A stretch of 63,712 bases of DNA, counting the filler, from Trichomonas gallinae (lineage: Eukaryota), in the NCBI GenBank assembly GCA_008369845.1. It is 9 parts of 9 records of this genome, joined end to end, with 100 filler letters (N's around TTAATTAATTAA, not from the genome) between each part and the next. Parts side by side here need not be neighbours in the genome. Positions count along the whole stretch, not along the records: positions 19,483 to 35,293 come from MRSU01001364.1; 8 more parts are not named here. One strand, written 5' to 3'. Under the pieces are notes generated by a model. That model saw only the letters and a list, made by a program, of their open reading frames with translations. It was not told where the DNA came from and ran no database searches. Positions 20,923-33,036 of this stretch are shown in pieces. Position numbers and translations under genes: made by a program. Every line of letters starts with the position of its first letter. Within the stretch, counting starts at the first letter, position 1.

Positions 20923-22446
20923 ATGCTTCAATTCCTTCTCGTTTTCGTAGCTTCTATTGATTACAGCGGAGATATTTCGTCATTACTTAAAATAGAAGCT
21001 AACGAAACTATTAATGTTATCAATTGTAGATTCATGAGCATTGGAAATTTGTCAACACATTCTGCACTTTACGTATACAATGGTGCACATTCTGTCACAG
21101 TGAATGAGTGCTTCTTCTTCAACTGTTCTTCCAATCAAGGTGGAGCTATGAGCTTCACTGGTCCTTATAAACTATCAATATCAAAGGTTTGTTCAAGCAA
21201 TAATACTGCAAACGTGAGAGCAGGTGATATATTCATTGATGTTTCTACTCCATATACGATGGAGTATATCAGTTCCTCTTATTCTAAATGCGGAAGAAGC
21301 AATATCTGTCTTAATCAAGGATTTAACCTGAAAAATTTGAATGCTTCTTACGATAATAATAAATTTCAAAATACAGCATGGTGGGGATATGGTATCCTCT
21401 ATGCAAATTCAGGCGACAAACAATTTCAGTATTCCTATGGTATTTTCACAAATTGTACTGCTGATTCTGGTGTTGTTTTTCATGAGCAATGTAATGTTGA
21501 ATATTTCATTAATCATTGTATGTTCTATGAAAATACAATGGTTAGGAAAAATTATTATTGCCCAATTTTTTACAGCTATAAATGCAAAGCTATTTGTCAT
21601 GTATCTGATATTGCAATGAATGGAAATACTATGAACGACAATGCATTTTTTATGGGCCAGGATGCCACAATTTCACTTGATAATAATGTTTATATTGACG
21701 GAAATTATAATTACCTTGATGTTAAAACAAAAGGACTTTTTACTAAAACAAGTGTTCCAATGGAGATTTATCCAATGTATCAAACAGCATACTGCTATGC
21801 AATACTTGAACCTACAACAGAGCCACAACCTTTACCAACGCCAAATGCAACAATTCCACTAAAGACTCCATCTTCGACGCCATCATCAACTCCATCTTCA
21901 ACACCATCTAGTACTCCATCTTCAACACCAAGCACAACTCCTTCCATGACTCCAGTTACTACACCATCATCAACTCCTTTTATGACTCCTTCTAACACTC
22001 ATGAAGCATTTCCTACAAATACACCTTTTGATGTTCCAAGTGCAACACCAAATGATGCAACACAAAGTCCAGTTCCACATCCATCACCTGGAAGATCTTT
22101 TGAACCAACTGCAACAGATTCTGGACATGAAGATCAAGATGGAGATGATGCAAGCAAAAAGAAAACGGAAACGAGAAATTTGATCATTATTATAGCAGGA
22201 TCTGTTCTCGTCTTTTTGGTAATACTAGTTGCTGTCATATACCTTGTAAAGAAGAACAGCCAAGAAGACAAATCATCAGATACTCAATACTCAGTTGAGA
22301 TGGAAACAGCAATCATGACAACTGAAATGAGCATTGGTATAACACACGACAATCTATTGTTTACAACATCGGTCAACGAGGAAGATATTGACCCATTCAA
22401 GAATGACTTCGAAGAAGCACCTGTTGTTGACTTCTTTGATATCTAA
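20923..22446 (+). CDS. Surface protein with signal peptide, Cys/Asn-rich beta-helix-like (Pmp-like) ectodomain, TPSS stalk, TM and acidic tail; family copy 2
   Basis: MLQFLLVFVAS signal peptide, FFNCSSNQGGAM (GGAI-like), a TPSS array and TM. The tail is closely similar to copy 1 (YSVEMET...DPFKNDFEEAPVVDFFDI). Confidence 0.88.
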   Translation: MLQFLLVFVASIDYSGDISSLLKIEANETINVINCRFMSIGNLSTHSALYVYNGAHSVTVNECFFFNCSSNQGGAMSFTGPYKLSISKVCSSNNTANVRAGDIFIDVSTPYTMEYISSSYSKCGRSNICLNQGFNLKNLNASYDNNKFQNTAWWGYGILYANSGDKQFQYSYGIFTNCTADSGVVFHEQCNVEYFINHCMFYENTMVRKNYYCPIFYSYKCKAICHVSDIAMNGNTMNDNAFFMGQDATISLDNNVYIDGNYNYLDVKTKGLFTKTSVPMEIYPMYQTAYCYAILEPTTEPQPLPTPNATIPLKTPSSTPSSTPSSTPSSTPSSTPSTTPSMTPVTTPSSTPFMTPSNTHEAFPTNTPFDVPSATPNDATQSPVPHPSPGRSFEPTATDSGHEDQDGDDASKKKTETRNLIIIIAGSVLVFLVILVAVIYLVKKNSQEDKSSDTQYSVEMETAIMTTEMSIGITHDNLLFTTSVNEEDIDPFKNDFEEAPVVDFFDI

Positions 22447-22889
22447 TTTATGTTTGTTATAATAAAATTCTATCATGTATTATTCATTGTTGATATTTTC
22501 TAAGTTTATGTTATATATGAATAGCTAAATTATGTTTCTGTAAATCGATGTTTATCAAGGATTATGAGTGTGAATGTTAATGGAAAATTCAAATTATGTC
22601 ATTTAAGAGATATATGAAGTATGCCAAATATAAATATTCATATAAATCAGCCTTATATAATGTGTATTGTTAATTAGAAATGATAATATAAAAATTATCT
22701 CGAAAGAAATAAATACTATGCTTTTGAACTCAATAGCATCAATTTATAATAGCAAAAATTCATCCTGTATACAATCGTTTCATAATTGCCTTAATCTTCA
22801 TGGCAAAATGATTATTATGGAATTCGAACTCTTAATTCTTCTTTCTCGTGTGCCAATTTTATATATATGGCTATTATTTTCTATGTATA

Positions 22890-23971
22890 TTTCAAATCAA
22901 TGTTAAAATAGATATCACTTCTCCACATAAAATTGACTATGTCAGCTCTTATTGTTCCGTTTGCGGTCGCTCCAACATGTATTTGTTTAATGAAGTAAAT
23001 TTGAAAAACTTGAATGCATTTTTCATGCTTAATGGGCTTATGGCATTCTTTATGTAAAATCAAATGAAACACCTTTCAATACTCCTATTGCATCATCTCA
23101 AACTGCACAAGTGTTTTTTCGATCTCCTATCATAAGAATTGCAATGTTGACTACATAAGCCATCATTGCATTTATTATGATAATGAAGTTTGGTATTGGG
23201 GATTCTTTTATAGCACTGCAGAAATAAAGCAGTCGATCATGTTTCAATCATCAACAACAAGATGAATGGCCAACCTTTCTTCACTGGCTAAGAAGCAATA
23301 ATATCACTTGAAAGCAATGTTTAAATTGATGATTGGTGGGTTTTTCTTGATATTACAACTAAAGGACTTGTTAGTAAAACAAAAAATCCAATAGAAATTT
23401 ATCCAGCCTACTGTTATGCAATTATTGAACCAACAGAAGAGTCCATACCAAGAACTCCAGATGCAACGATACCATTGAAGAATCCAGACGCAACAATAGC
23501 ATCAAGAACTCCAAATTAGACACCTTTGACACCCATTGATACTCCTACTGCAACAATTTCCATGTCTCCAACAATAACACCATCTGAATCAAATAGTAGC
23601 TCAGTTCCAGAGCCAACAAAATCGCCTCAGACATCATATGCTTTAACAACAGAAAGTTCAGAATTAGGATGCGATGAACAAGGTAATGCAAATATAGAGA
23701 AAACGAGAAATTTAATCATCATTGTTGCGGCTGCCCTTGTCTTTCTGACAATATTAGTTGCTATTATATATTTGATAAGGAGAAGCAATGATGATAGTTT
23801 ATCAGAAACACAGTATTCAGTCGAAATGGAAGCTGCTGTAAAGACCCATGATATAACTATGGGAGTTTCACAAAATAACCCACTGTTTACAACATCAGTC
23901 ACTGAAGAAGATATTGATCCATTTAAGACGACTTCGAAGAAGATCCTGTCGTTGATTTCTGTGATATTTAA
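22890..23971 (+). pseudogene. Pseudogene of the same surface-protein family; copy 3
   Basis: Fragments match copy 2 (IDITSPHKIDYVSS..CGRSN..NLKNLNA; IYPAYCYAIIEPT; TRNLIII TM; QYSVEME; NNPLF) but carry stops and frameshifts. A 1-nt deletion after DPFK shifts the terminal FEEDPVVDFCDI* out of frame. The 5' boundary is approximate. Confidence 0.85.
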
Positions 23972-25018
23972 TTCATGTTTGTTTTATATTTTCATTGTTT
24001 TACAAAAAGCTTTATCATGTATTATTATATATTTTTTCACATTTTTCTATAAACTATCTATATTAGCTTATGATCGATTTGTCATAAATTTTTAAAAAGA
24101 TATGCAAATTCAAATCATTGTTGCAAAACTCAAAAATAATAAATGAAATAGTATTATTGGTGTATGTCAATAAATGCTTTGTGTATAAACTCAAAAGTTA
24201 ATTTGAAAAGAAATCTTTAAAAAAATTAAGGGTCTGTCCCCTCACAAATCTCGAAAAGTGACGCGTCTCACTATAATATTGAGTGTGAACAGAAATTAGA
24301 ATTGAATGCAGAATCATAAAACACATATTAATGAAGCCTCTAGGTGAAACATATCCAAATAAAACATGTCAAAATTTGATGATCGTTGACTTTGAATACA
24401 AAAATAGCATTTTCGTTCATAATAAGATTTATAACTATCTGAAGAAGAATCACGAAAAAAATAAAAAGAATAATGCTCTGAAAGAAAAATTCATTTTCTT
24501 TTTGCTTTCAATCTGGTTATTTTTCATTTTTATAGCACTATTGTTCTTATTGTTTTAAACTTAAATTTAGTTTATAACGAAAATAACTTTTCTTTCATTT
24601 TTACAATCATGACCGAAATGTTTTAAACGAGACAACAAATTTAACCTAATCGTTTGTGTTTACAAAAAAATCCCGATTAATTTGAGAATCAAAACTATCA
24701 TCCATGAAGATGTTATATTTCGTAATATCTTCGTGGCTGTTTCTCACAGCATTGAAATGAAGTTTTCAAAACTCAATTTTTTTAGCATTTGAGTTATTTC
24801 TTATGCCTAACCATTTCCAACGAAAATTTGAAACTTCTTTCAATTAAATTTAATTCGTTTATAATGATCTATAGCTGCTAATAGACAAAATGATGAGTTC
24901 TGTGTGCTGAAAATTGAATATGTGATTTTTTACGTTTATTCAAAAAAATTCAATCCATTATCAAAAAAAAGTTTTCAATGAACTACTTTTAAGTACTCAA
25001 ATTTAAACATATATAAAT

Positions 25019-25570
25019 ATGAGGAGAGTTAATGTACCCAAGATCAAGTTCACACAGGAAGAGGACGACATGCTGATTGCAGCAATAGAAAGAATGGGTA
25101 CACGCGATTGGGAAGGAATTGCACAAGAGATGAAACATCGCACGCCAAGGCAATGCCGCGAAAGATGGAATAATTACTTGAGTCCTACGATAACATCTGA
25201 TCCTTGGTCAAAAGAGGAAGATTCTCTGCTTGATGAATTGTTTACCGAGTTTGGAAGCAAATGGTCTAAAATTTCAGAGTATTTCCCCAATCGATCGGCA
25301 AATGGAATAAGAAATCGCTATAAGCTCCGTCAGAGGAGACAGCTTAAAGAAAGACAGAAAGATCTTATATTGAAAAACAAAAATTTGCTCAATAATGCGT
25401 TAAAACATGCTCCAGTTGAAAAACTCCAGATACATCCTACAAATGTAATTGAGAATCGCTCTGTTAGTACCAAGATACAGGTTCAACAATTACCTTTTCC
25501 AGATGAATTCTTTGCAATTTATGGAGATGCGGCTGAATTAGAAGAAAGATTATACGCTTCATTCTTGTAA
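25019..25570 (+). CDS. R2R3 Myb-domain transcription factor
   Basis: KFTQEED...W...RTPRQCRERWNNYL...PWSKEED...GSKWSKI...RSANGIRNRY. Confidence 0.95.
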   Translation: MRRVNVPKIKFTQEEDDMLIAAIERMGTRDWEGIAQEMKHRTPRQCRERWNNYLSPTITSDPWSKEEDSLLDELFTEFGSKWSKISEYFPNRSANGIRNRYKLRQRRQLKERQKDLILKNKNLLNNALKHAPVEKLQIHPTNVIENRSVSTKIQVQQLPFPDEFFAIYGDAAELEERLYASFL

Positions 25571-28500
25571 ATGTTTTGTTACTTAAAATTTATGGAATCA
25601 AAAACTATATTATCGATTTTGTATCTAAAATTTAAAGTATTGTTTATTATTCATAAATCCGGTAACATTTTATTAATCGATGCAACGAATATCAGAATAT
25701 AAAATACGTTTGTTTGTTGGATAGTTAATTGTATGTCAAAATATTGCCCAATAGTATTGAATAATCGATATATCAATATATTATCGTCATATTGATATGT
25801 ATGTCATTTCCCAGAAATCATAATTCAAGTAAAATACAAAATAAAATAGTATAAAGATATTGATCGAGATAAATATGATATTGTATTGATAAATCGATAT
25901 GCATTCTGAATATGAATTAGGTTTGCGTAAAATTATAAGGAAATAATATTTCAGAAAAAATATCATAGAATAATAACAATGTGATAGTAAATCATATTGA
26001 TTTGATAATGATCAATAATTTTGCATCGTAGTTTTGTATATAAAAGGCATTCTAAAAAAAATTATCCGAAAATTAAATTACTTATAAGGCTTTGATGGAT
26101 AATACATGTACAATCTGCTGTATAAGCATGTGCGTAATATATTCGAGAATTTTTGATTGTTTTTACTATATTTGATATTAATTAATGAATTACTAGTAAG
26201 ATGGGAGTAATTGTATATAGTGCTCACATCAATAAATTTAGTGAATTAATGAGGTATAATTGTTTGTTAATTAATTTTTGAAATATGATTAATCTGGTGT
26301 TAAACATATAATTAACTTGATTATTCCAGGAGGAATCTTGTTTCCTTGTGATATCTATACATCTATGTCTTGTAAAGCAAATTTCGATGCTGTTTTTTGA
26401 GTATATTCTTATCAATTTTTAATTTTTAGAAGTACTTTTTCAACATATTCAATTAAATCTTCCGGACAATTCGATATTTACTGCATTTGTTTTAGGATTA
26501 TCAAACTGATTTTAAAGATTTTGAAATTCAATTGACCTATGAAAATTGAATGTATTTTTCCATTATTGAAAGGTGGAATTATCATAATAATACTTGGAAT
26601 AACCTATTACATTGATATCAAACTAAAAATTAAATTTGCATTGAAAATCAAATTTTTTGATTATCAAACTATTGTTTAACTCCTATTGTACATGTTAGGA
26701 ACGTTGCAATTTGAGCTTTCAAATGAATTCAACTTTTGTGTTATGTTCAATAATGATTTAATCAATAAAACACATCTACTGGATTAGTTGGTCAATATAT
26801 TTAAGTCTTTAAGTACGATGATTAATGTCAATATGCTTGGAATCAATTGCTTTATGTGTTTTTCATGTTTTGGATGAAGCATGAACGTTAGATTTTACAT
26901 CTTGATACCATTTTATTAGAGATATTTCAAAATTGTGAAATTATATTTCTACATATTGAATTGTGACATATTGTTCTACATCTTGGGTAGCTTAAGAATT
27001 CGCCAAAATTCATTCTCCGCTATTATCTCAAATAATGTTTTCAAAAGTAAAATATTTTTTTCAATGTGATTCTATGCTTTCTGCGATATTATTTGATACT
27101 AGCTAGTCATAATTTATCTTCTATTTCCTTTATAATAAAAAACATAAGCATTTTTAGAAATGTCACTCAATTTCATTGAAATTCACATAATTCACAATGA
27201 ATTGTGTCATTTTCTCGTTACTAATATTATTACTATTATGAAATACATTAGAACTCTTATGTTCGAGTAAAATTCATGTTGAAATAACATAATTTTTCGT
27301 GGTAGAATTGCATATGTGCTTCATTTGTGTCTATAATGTATAAATTGAACTAGTTTAACGATTATAAACCAGTGATGTCGATTTACAATAAAAATACAAT
27401 AACAAAAATTTCATCGATTTCATGCTTATGCAATAAATTCATATAATAACTTAGTGTATATTAAAATTTTATAGATGGCAATTTATAATTTTGAATTCTT
27501 CCTACTGATATAAGAAGATCCTTAATAACTCTTTCTTTTTGTCTTTACTCCTATCCTTTATTTTCAATACACATATATTATTGTTTTTTATAATATACAT
27601 CATTCAAATACATCAGAAACTATTTAAGATAAATCAAAATTAACAATATATATTGATCAATCCAATCATCATTCTATATCTAATTATAATAAGAAAAAAG
27701 AGTCTATATATACAACTTATATAGTGAAAAGTTAAATATAAAGAATGATTCCTATTTTGATTTATCTAATTTTATTGATATGAATCAAAAATATTATAAA
27801 TAATGAATACAAAATTGATATCTTTCTATTGTGAGATTATTAAAAAGTAACAACTACAACAACTTCAATCAAATTGTTGATTTGAATAAAAACCAACAAA
27901 TTTATCCACCATGTAAAGACAAACGATAGCCAACTCTATCAGCTATTATGATTGTTTCATGTTGCATGCCATTAAATCTGAATTCAGGATATTCGACCAA
28001 ACAGCTTCTATCGTTAGGATTTGAAATCAGTTTTGGTCCTGATGTAGTGGATTTGCGTTTAATACTGCAGTACATACGATTATTATTTTAGTTGATTTTT
28101 TGTTATATGTAAAAATTTTGTTGATTGATCTAAAAATAAAAAAATGGGAAAATCCGATTATTGACATTCTCCGAAAATATCCTTAATAATATGCGCAATA
28201 ACAGATAATACATGCGTATATCGATTGTCAAAGGCAGAAATCGCTTTTTGGTGGTCAAAAAAGTCTCGATGAATTCTTTTGTTGAAACTTATAGAATAAG
28301 TTGAAAACTAAACTGAAATTGATAGATTAACCTCATGCAATAGCAACAAGCTGCCTAATTCATGCTCATATGAAGAATAACGTTTACACAAATAATTAAA
28401 TCTAATGACTTTTCATACCATTGAGAGGATATCACACAATAATTCTTAAGATATCTACTTTACAAAAAAGCACAAGTTTTTCGTAATCTATGTCTATACT

Positions 28501-29029
28501 CGTATCTTTGCAATACTTAAAGTTGGACGTCAAACTTTTCAGAAAATTTGGTTTATCATGAGTTTAGTAATTCGCGTATTAATGACAACGAGTTATAAAA
28601 TGGACATGAAAAAATATCAACCTCGTTAGAATAAAATACAACTATGAAAAGTCATTTCTAAATAATCTTTATGATTTAGACACTTAATTTTTGTTAATAT
28701 ATTTCGGGATATTAACTAGAATGGATGGGAATTATTGATGATTTCATTCTATTGAATTAAATACCCACAAATTCAATTTTTTATGCTTTGTTTTTATCGC
28801 ATTCACAATAATTGTGAATACATTCAAGTTAATTAACCTTTGAAATTCCTGCCATTCGCCTACTTATCTTATAATATATACATTTTGCAAATTGTAAAAT
28901 TGAATGGTAAGTAATTGTGTGATGGTTTATTTTTCATTTCATTGCACGGCAATGTATAGATTCGATTAATGAATGAAAGTAATTGTTAGACATTGAAATT
29001 GATTGAATATATCAATTTAAAATTCAAAA

Positions 29030-29563
29030 ATGATTACAGGAATCAAAAGATCTGTCCCTAAGCTAAAATTTACGCAGGAGGAAGATGACTTGTTAATAGA
29101 AGTGATAGAAAGGATGGGAACACGAGATTGGGAAGGTGTTGCTCAAGAGATGAAACACAGAACTCCGAGACAATGCAGAGAAAGATGGAACAACTATTTA
29201 TCCCCTTCAATCACAAGTGATCCTTGGTCAAAAGATGAAGAAAAACTGCTTTCCCAGCTGTATTCCAAATATGGAAGCAAATGGTCTAAAATAGCAGAAT
29301 TCTTCCCAAATAGATCTGCTAATGGAATTAGGAATAGATATAAAATGATGCAGCGAAGAATAGCAAAGGAACAAAGAAAGGCAGAAAAACAGAAATTAAA
29401 ACAAGTGAGCGGTAAGACCAGGGATGCTAAGATAATTAATGTCCAGCCATTAGATGCCTTAACTAACCACTGCCTTGAGGAATTTGTTTTCCAAAATAAT
29501 TCAGAATTATTTGAACTTATTGACGACGAGAAGGATATATACCAGCAAATATTTAATGTGTAA
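29030..29563 (+). CDS. R2R3 Myb-domain transcription factor, paralogue of 25019-25570
   Basis: R2R3 region nearly identical to the first Myb; C-terminal tail is divergent. Confidence 0.95.
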   Translation: MITGIKRSVPKLKFTQEEDDLLIEVIERMGTRDWEGVAQEMKHRTPRQCRERWNNYLSPSITSDPWSKDEEKLLSQLYSKYGSKWSKIAEFFPNRSANGIRNRYKMMQRRIAKEQRKAEKQKLKQVSGKTRDAKIINVQPLDALTNHCLEEFVFQNNSELFELIDDEKDIYQQIFNV

Positions 29564-30298
29564 TATATTTTATGGACATGTAATATTATTTGTTTATCGA
29601 TCATAAAAATCTTGTATTTTTATATGCTGAATGCATTAACTAACTTTTCTTTTCAGTAACATTAGTCCAACCAATGTTCATGAAAAATATATATTCAAAA
29701 GTATCACATATCCATGCTATAGCTCAAAATAATGCTAATATATAATTAAGGGGTATAAAAAATAAAATAGGGTCTAGTAATTCATCTGAGAAAAAATATG
29801 ATTTCAAATCGATTTCCAATGAAAAATTGCATAGAAATGAAATGTTTAGCATCATATTAACTGATAATTTTAATATAATGCCTTAAAAACAATAGATTGT
29901 TTTTCGATTTTGGATTAACGATACCGGGCATCAGCAATATGGGAATTAGTCTATATAGGCCAATATATGACTATTGATAACAGTGATGAGAAATGAAAGT
30001 TCAATTCGACAGTTGAAAAATTTCAAAATGTGTGTAATATCAATTCATTTATTTATATCATGCATACAATAGATATGTGTTTTTGAATTTACGCATAAAA
30101 ACTCATTGAGCATCCAAATATTTTAGAAAAATAATATAAAATGGAAATTATCTCAAGTAATAAATCATCTCCTTATGCATATGATGTCCATCAATTACCC
30201 ATGAACTATAACAATAAAAACATAATATGTAGAAAAATTACAAAAAATATGAAGTGTTACATGATTTATAATAAAAAATAAACAAACATAAAAATATA

Positions 30299-32533
30299 TT
30301 ATATGTGATGATAATAACTTGATAAAGTAACATGCGTTTCTTCTTCTCTTTCTGTTGGAATTAAACAGAATTTGACCATCTTGTAAATTAAAATGAGTAC
30401 TGCAGCTACGAAGAGAACTAATATAATGCCTAATACTGCTTCTGAGAAAACAAGCAGTATTGGCTGATAAATTCCCGGAGCTTCTTTAACATACACTTTT
30501 ACGGTCATTGGTGAAAACTGTTCGAATCTGTCGGACGAAGAAGGAGAAATCTGGAACAAGAACTGACGATCAGAAGGAACGGCATCAATATAAGTTGTTT
30601 TTCCAAGATTTCTAAGCCATGTTCTATCTAAAATGATTCTTGATGTTGCACTGAGAATGGTTAAAGCTGCAGATGTTGAATATCCATCATCAGCCAAAAA
30701 ATCTAAATCTAAAGCATATTGAACTGGAAGATCTCTATCTTCTATGGATATATGTGATCCATCTTTAGGCGAAATAATGCCTGGCGGATATGGATTCGTG
30801 TAATTTAATCTGATTGAAGATGTATAACCGTGCTTTGGATCAATGGAGTCGACAACGAATGACATATTGATACCATCTTTGAATACAGATGGAACATAAG
30901 CTAAAGTAATCTTCGTGTAATCTTTGTTATAATATGCTTTGATTTTAACGCGATTTTTGCCTGATGCATCTTCGAGATAGACTAGGTATGGAACACCCTT
31001 GACATCATCTGGCACAGTAACATCGATTTCCCAAGATGTTCCTGCAATAAATGGAACTGGTTCAGTTGCATTGAACGTAATCCTTGAAGGAAGTCTTTCG
31101 AATGGGTTCTTTCCATCACGCTGGTTCACTTGTGACTTGTTTGGTGCTGATTCTGTGTAATACAAAATAAGAGATGCTGAATTAATTAATCCTCTGTTTG
31201 CATCATCTGTCTCTTTGAAGACTAATGTCCATGTTCCAATCGGATCTTCGCCTAAAAACTTATAAGAATTGAATTCCATTTGTGTTATATGCAAAAGTAT
31301 ATCACCTTCTGTTAATATCTTCATTTCGCACACGGTTCCTTTCGGACTGATCAAGTGTGGGTTCAATGAACCGAATGAAAGCTTTTTAGCTGAAAGTTTG
31401 ATAACTACGGAAATTACAGACTTGATATTTTTGTCTGTAACATTGAACGTTATGTTATATTCACCCTTCTCAAGAATCTTATTCATCATTTTTGTCTGGT
31501 TCCATTGATAGAATCTGCCTGTTGAATTGAATTTCAGCGCCAACTCAACAGCGCGGCCTAAATTCAAGCGTCCGAACCCAGTTCTCCTGTTAAAATTCAG
31601 TCCAAACGCGTTCTTGTCCCAGTTCAGTGACTCTGGCTGAGTTTTGTCCGCGGTCATAGCTGTAATATAAAAAAGGTCAGCCGTTGTTAGATTAGGGTTA
31701 GCTTCCTTTAACACTGCCAATGCGCCGGCGAATATGGAAGCGCTAGCGTTAGGAGAAGTGTAGTTTGGATACAAGTCATCAATTCCGGTCGAAGATGCTG
31801 TCGGCATTGGTGCATTGTCAGCGCATGGGCATGCTATAAATATGCCAACACCCTCAGCTCCGTGATCGAGTGGCAATCCACGGTTGTTTACACCAGAAAT
31901 AGTAAAAACCATCGGCCATCTACCTGGAGGAGAAAATAATGGATCGGAAACATGACCAGCTCCAGCAGGAACAACAATTGCATGTTGCCAGTTGTCTTCT
32001 CTTGGTTCGTACAAACAATCGTTTAATATCTCTTTTGGCAGAACGTTTGGTTCAATATATCTGCAGAATCTGCCCATGCAGTCAGTCATCTGGTACTGGA
32101 GAATGGCAATATCCCACTCATTGCTTTTGTGGCAGACAACAGTTTGTGGATGTTCATGATAATCCGATGAATTCGAGAAATAAAAGGATGCAACATTCGA
32201 ATCTGGCGCAATACCAGTATAGTTGATGTTGTAATTCCTACTTCCAGATGCTAAACCTAAAGAAGCGGTCGCGATTTTATTTTTTGTTGGATTTATTGTG
32301 TCTAGAAGGATTTCGTCCTCGAAGATATTTTCGAACATGTCTTTGAGAGCACGATCGGTATATGCTTTATGGCCAAAAAGGGCTCCATCTGACATTACAA
32401 CAATTGTTACATTCTTTCCTGTGTAAAGATCAGTGTATGGGCCTGACCAATTGATATCTTCCTTTTCCAGGCCGTTGTAGTAGTCTGACCCGGTGTTGTT
32501 AAGCCACCAGTAACATAAAAAAGCTATAAACAT
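30299..32533 (-). CDS. Kexin/furin-like S8 protease homologue with P-domain and C-terminal TM; catalytic triad apparently lost
   Basis: YTGKNVTIVV, GIAPDS, EANPNLTTADL, FNRRTGFGRLN, P-domain LISPKGT and FLGEDPIGTWTL, and a C-terminal TM segment. Confidence 0.85.
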   Translation of the reverse strand: MFIAFLCYWWLNNTGSDYYNGLEKEDINWSGPYTDLYTGKNVTIVVMSDGALFGHKAYTDRALKDMFENIFEDEILLDTINPTKNKIATASLGLASGSRNYNINYTGIAPDSNVASFYFSNSSDYHEHPQTVVCHKSNEWDIAILQYQMTDCMGRFCRYIEPNVLPKEILNDCLYEPREDNWQHAIVVPAGAGHVSDPLFSPPGRWPMVFTISGVNNRGLPLDHGAEGVGIFIACPCADNAPMPTASSTGIDDLYPNYTSPNASASIFAGALAVLKEANPNLTTADLFYITAMTADKTQPESLNWDKNAFGLNFNRRTGFGRLNLGRAVELALKFNSTGRFYQWNQTKMMNKILEKGEYNITFNVTDKNIKSVISVVIKLSAKKLSFGSLNPHLISPKGTVCEMKILTEGDILLHITQMEFNSYKFLGEDPIGTWTLVFKETDDANRGLINSASLILYYTESAPNKSQVNQRDGKNPFERLPSRITFNATEPVPFIAGTSWEIDVTVPDDVKGVPYLVYLEDASGKNRVKIKAYYNKDYTKITLAYVPSVFKDGINMSFVVDSIDPKHGYTSSIRLNYTNPYPPGIISPKDGSHISIEDRDLPVQYALDLDFLADDGYSTSAALTILSATSRIILDRTWLRNLGKTTYIDAVPSDRQFLFQISPSSSDRFEQFSPMTVKVYVKEAPGIYQPILLVFSEAVLGIILVLFVAAVLILIYKMVKFCLIPTEREEETHVTLSSYYHHI

Positions 32534-33036
32534 GAAAATTTGTCACTTTTTATTTTTGAGAAGGTTATATTTAGCGCTCTCAAATTCAAAAAATAAAACT
32601 CGTATTTTTATTTATGTTTTTTGTATTAGAAAATTTTTGCCTTTGCGATCATAGCCCCCCGAATAATTTTTACGGCCCCTTATTTATTACTCTTACATTA
32701 TAAATTTCAATTTTAATATTTCATTTATAATCTTTTATCTTTGATTTTTTATTATATATACGCCTTTAAAATTTATTCGATATCGATAGATTGCATCTAT
32801 AATATGTAAAGAGTTTAAAAATATCAAAATTTTAATATTATATCGTTTCTATAAAAAAATTCATAAACAATTTCCTTGAAATTACAGGTTTAATATCAAA
32901 CTATTAAAAAATCAATTAATATTCCAAAAATCTTAATGAAATATATTCAGATAACGGCATATTTCTGATCAAAAAGGAAATTGAAAAATCAAAACATGTA
33001 AACCTTACATATTTATATAATATACAAACAAAAAAT

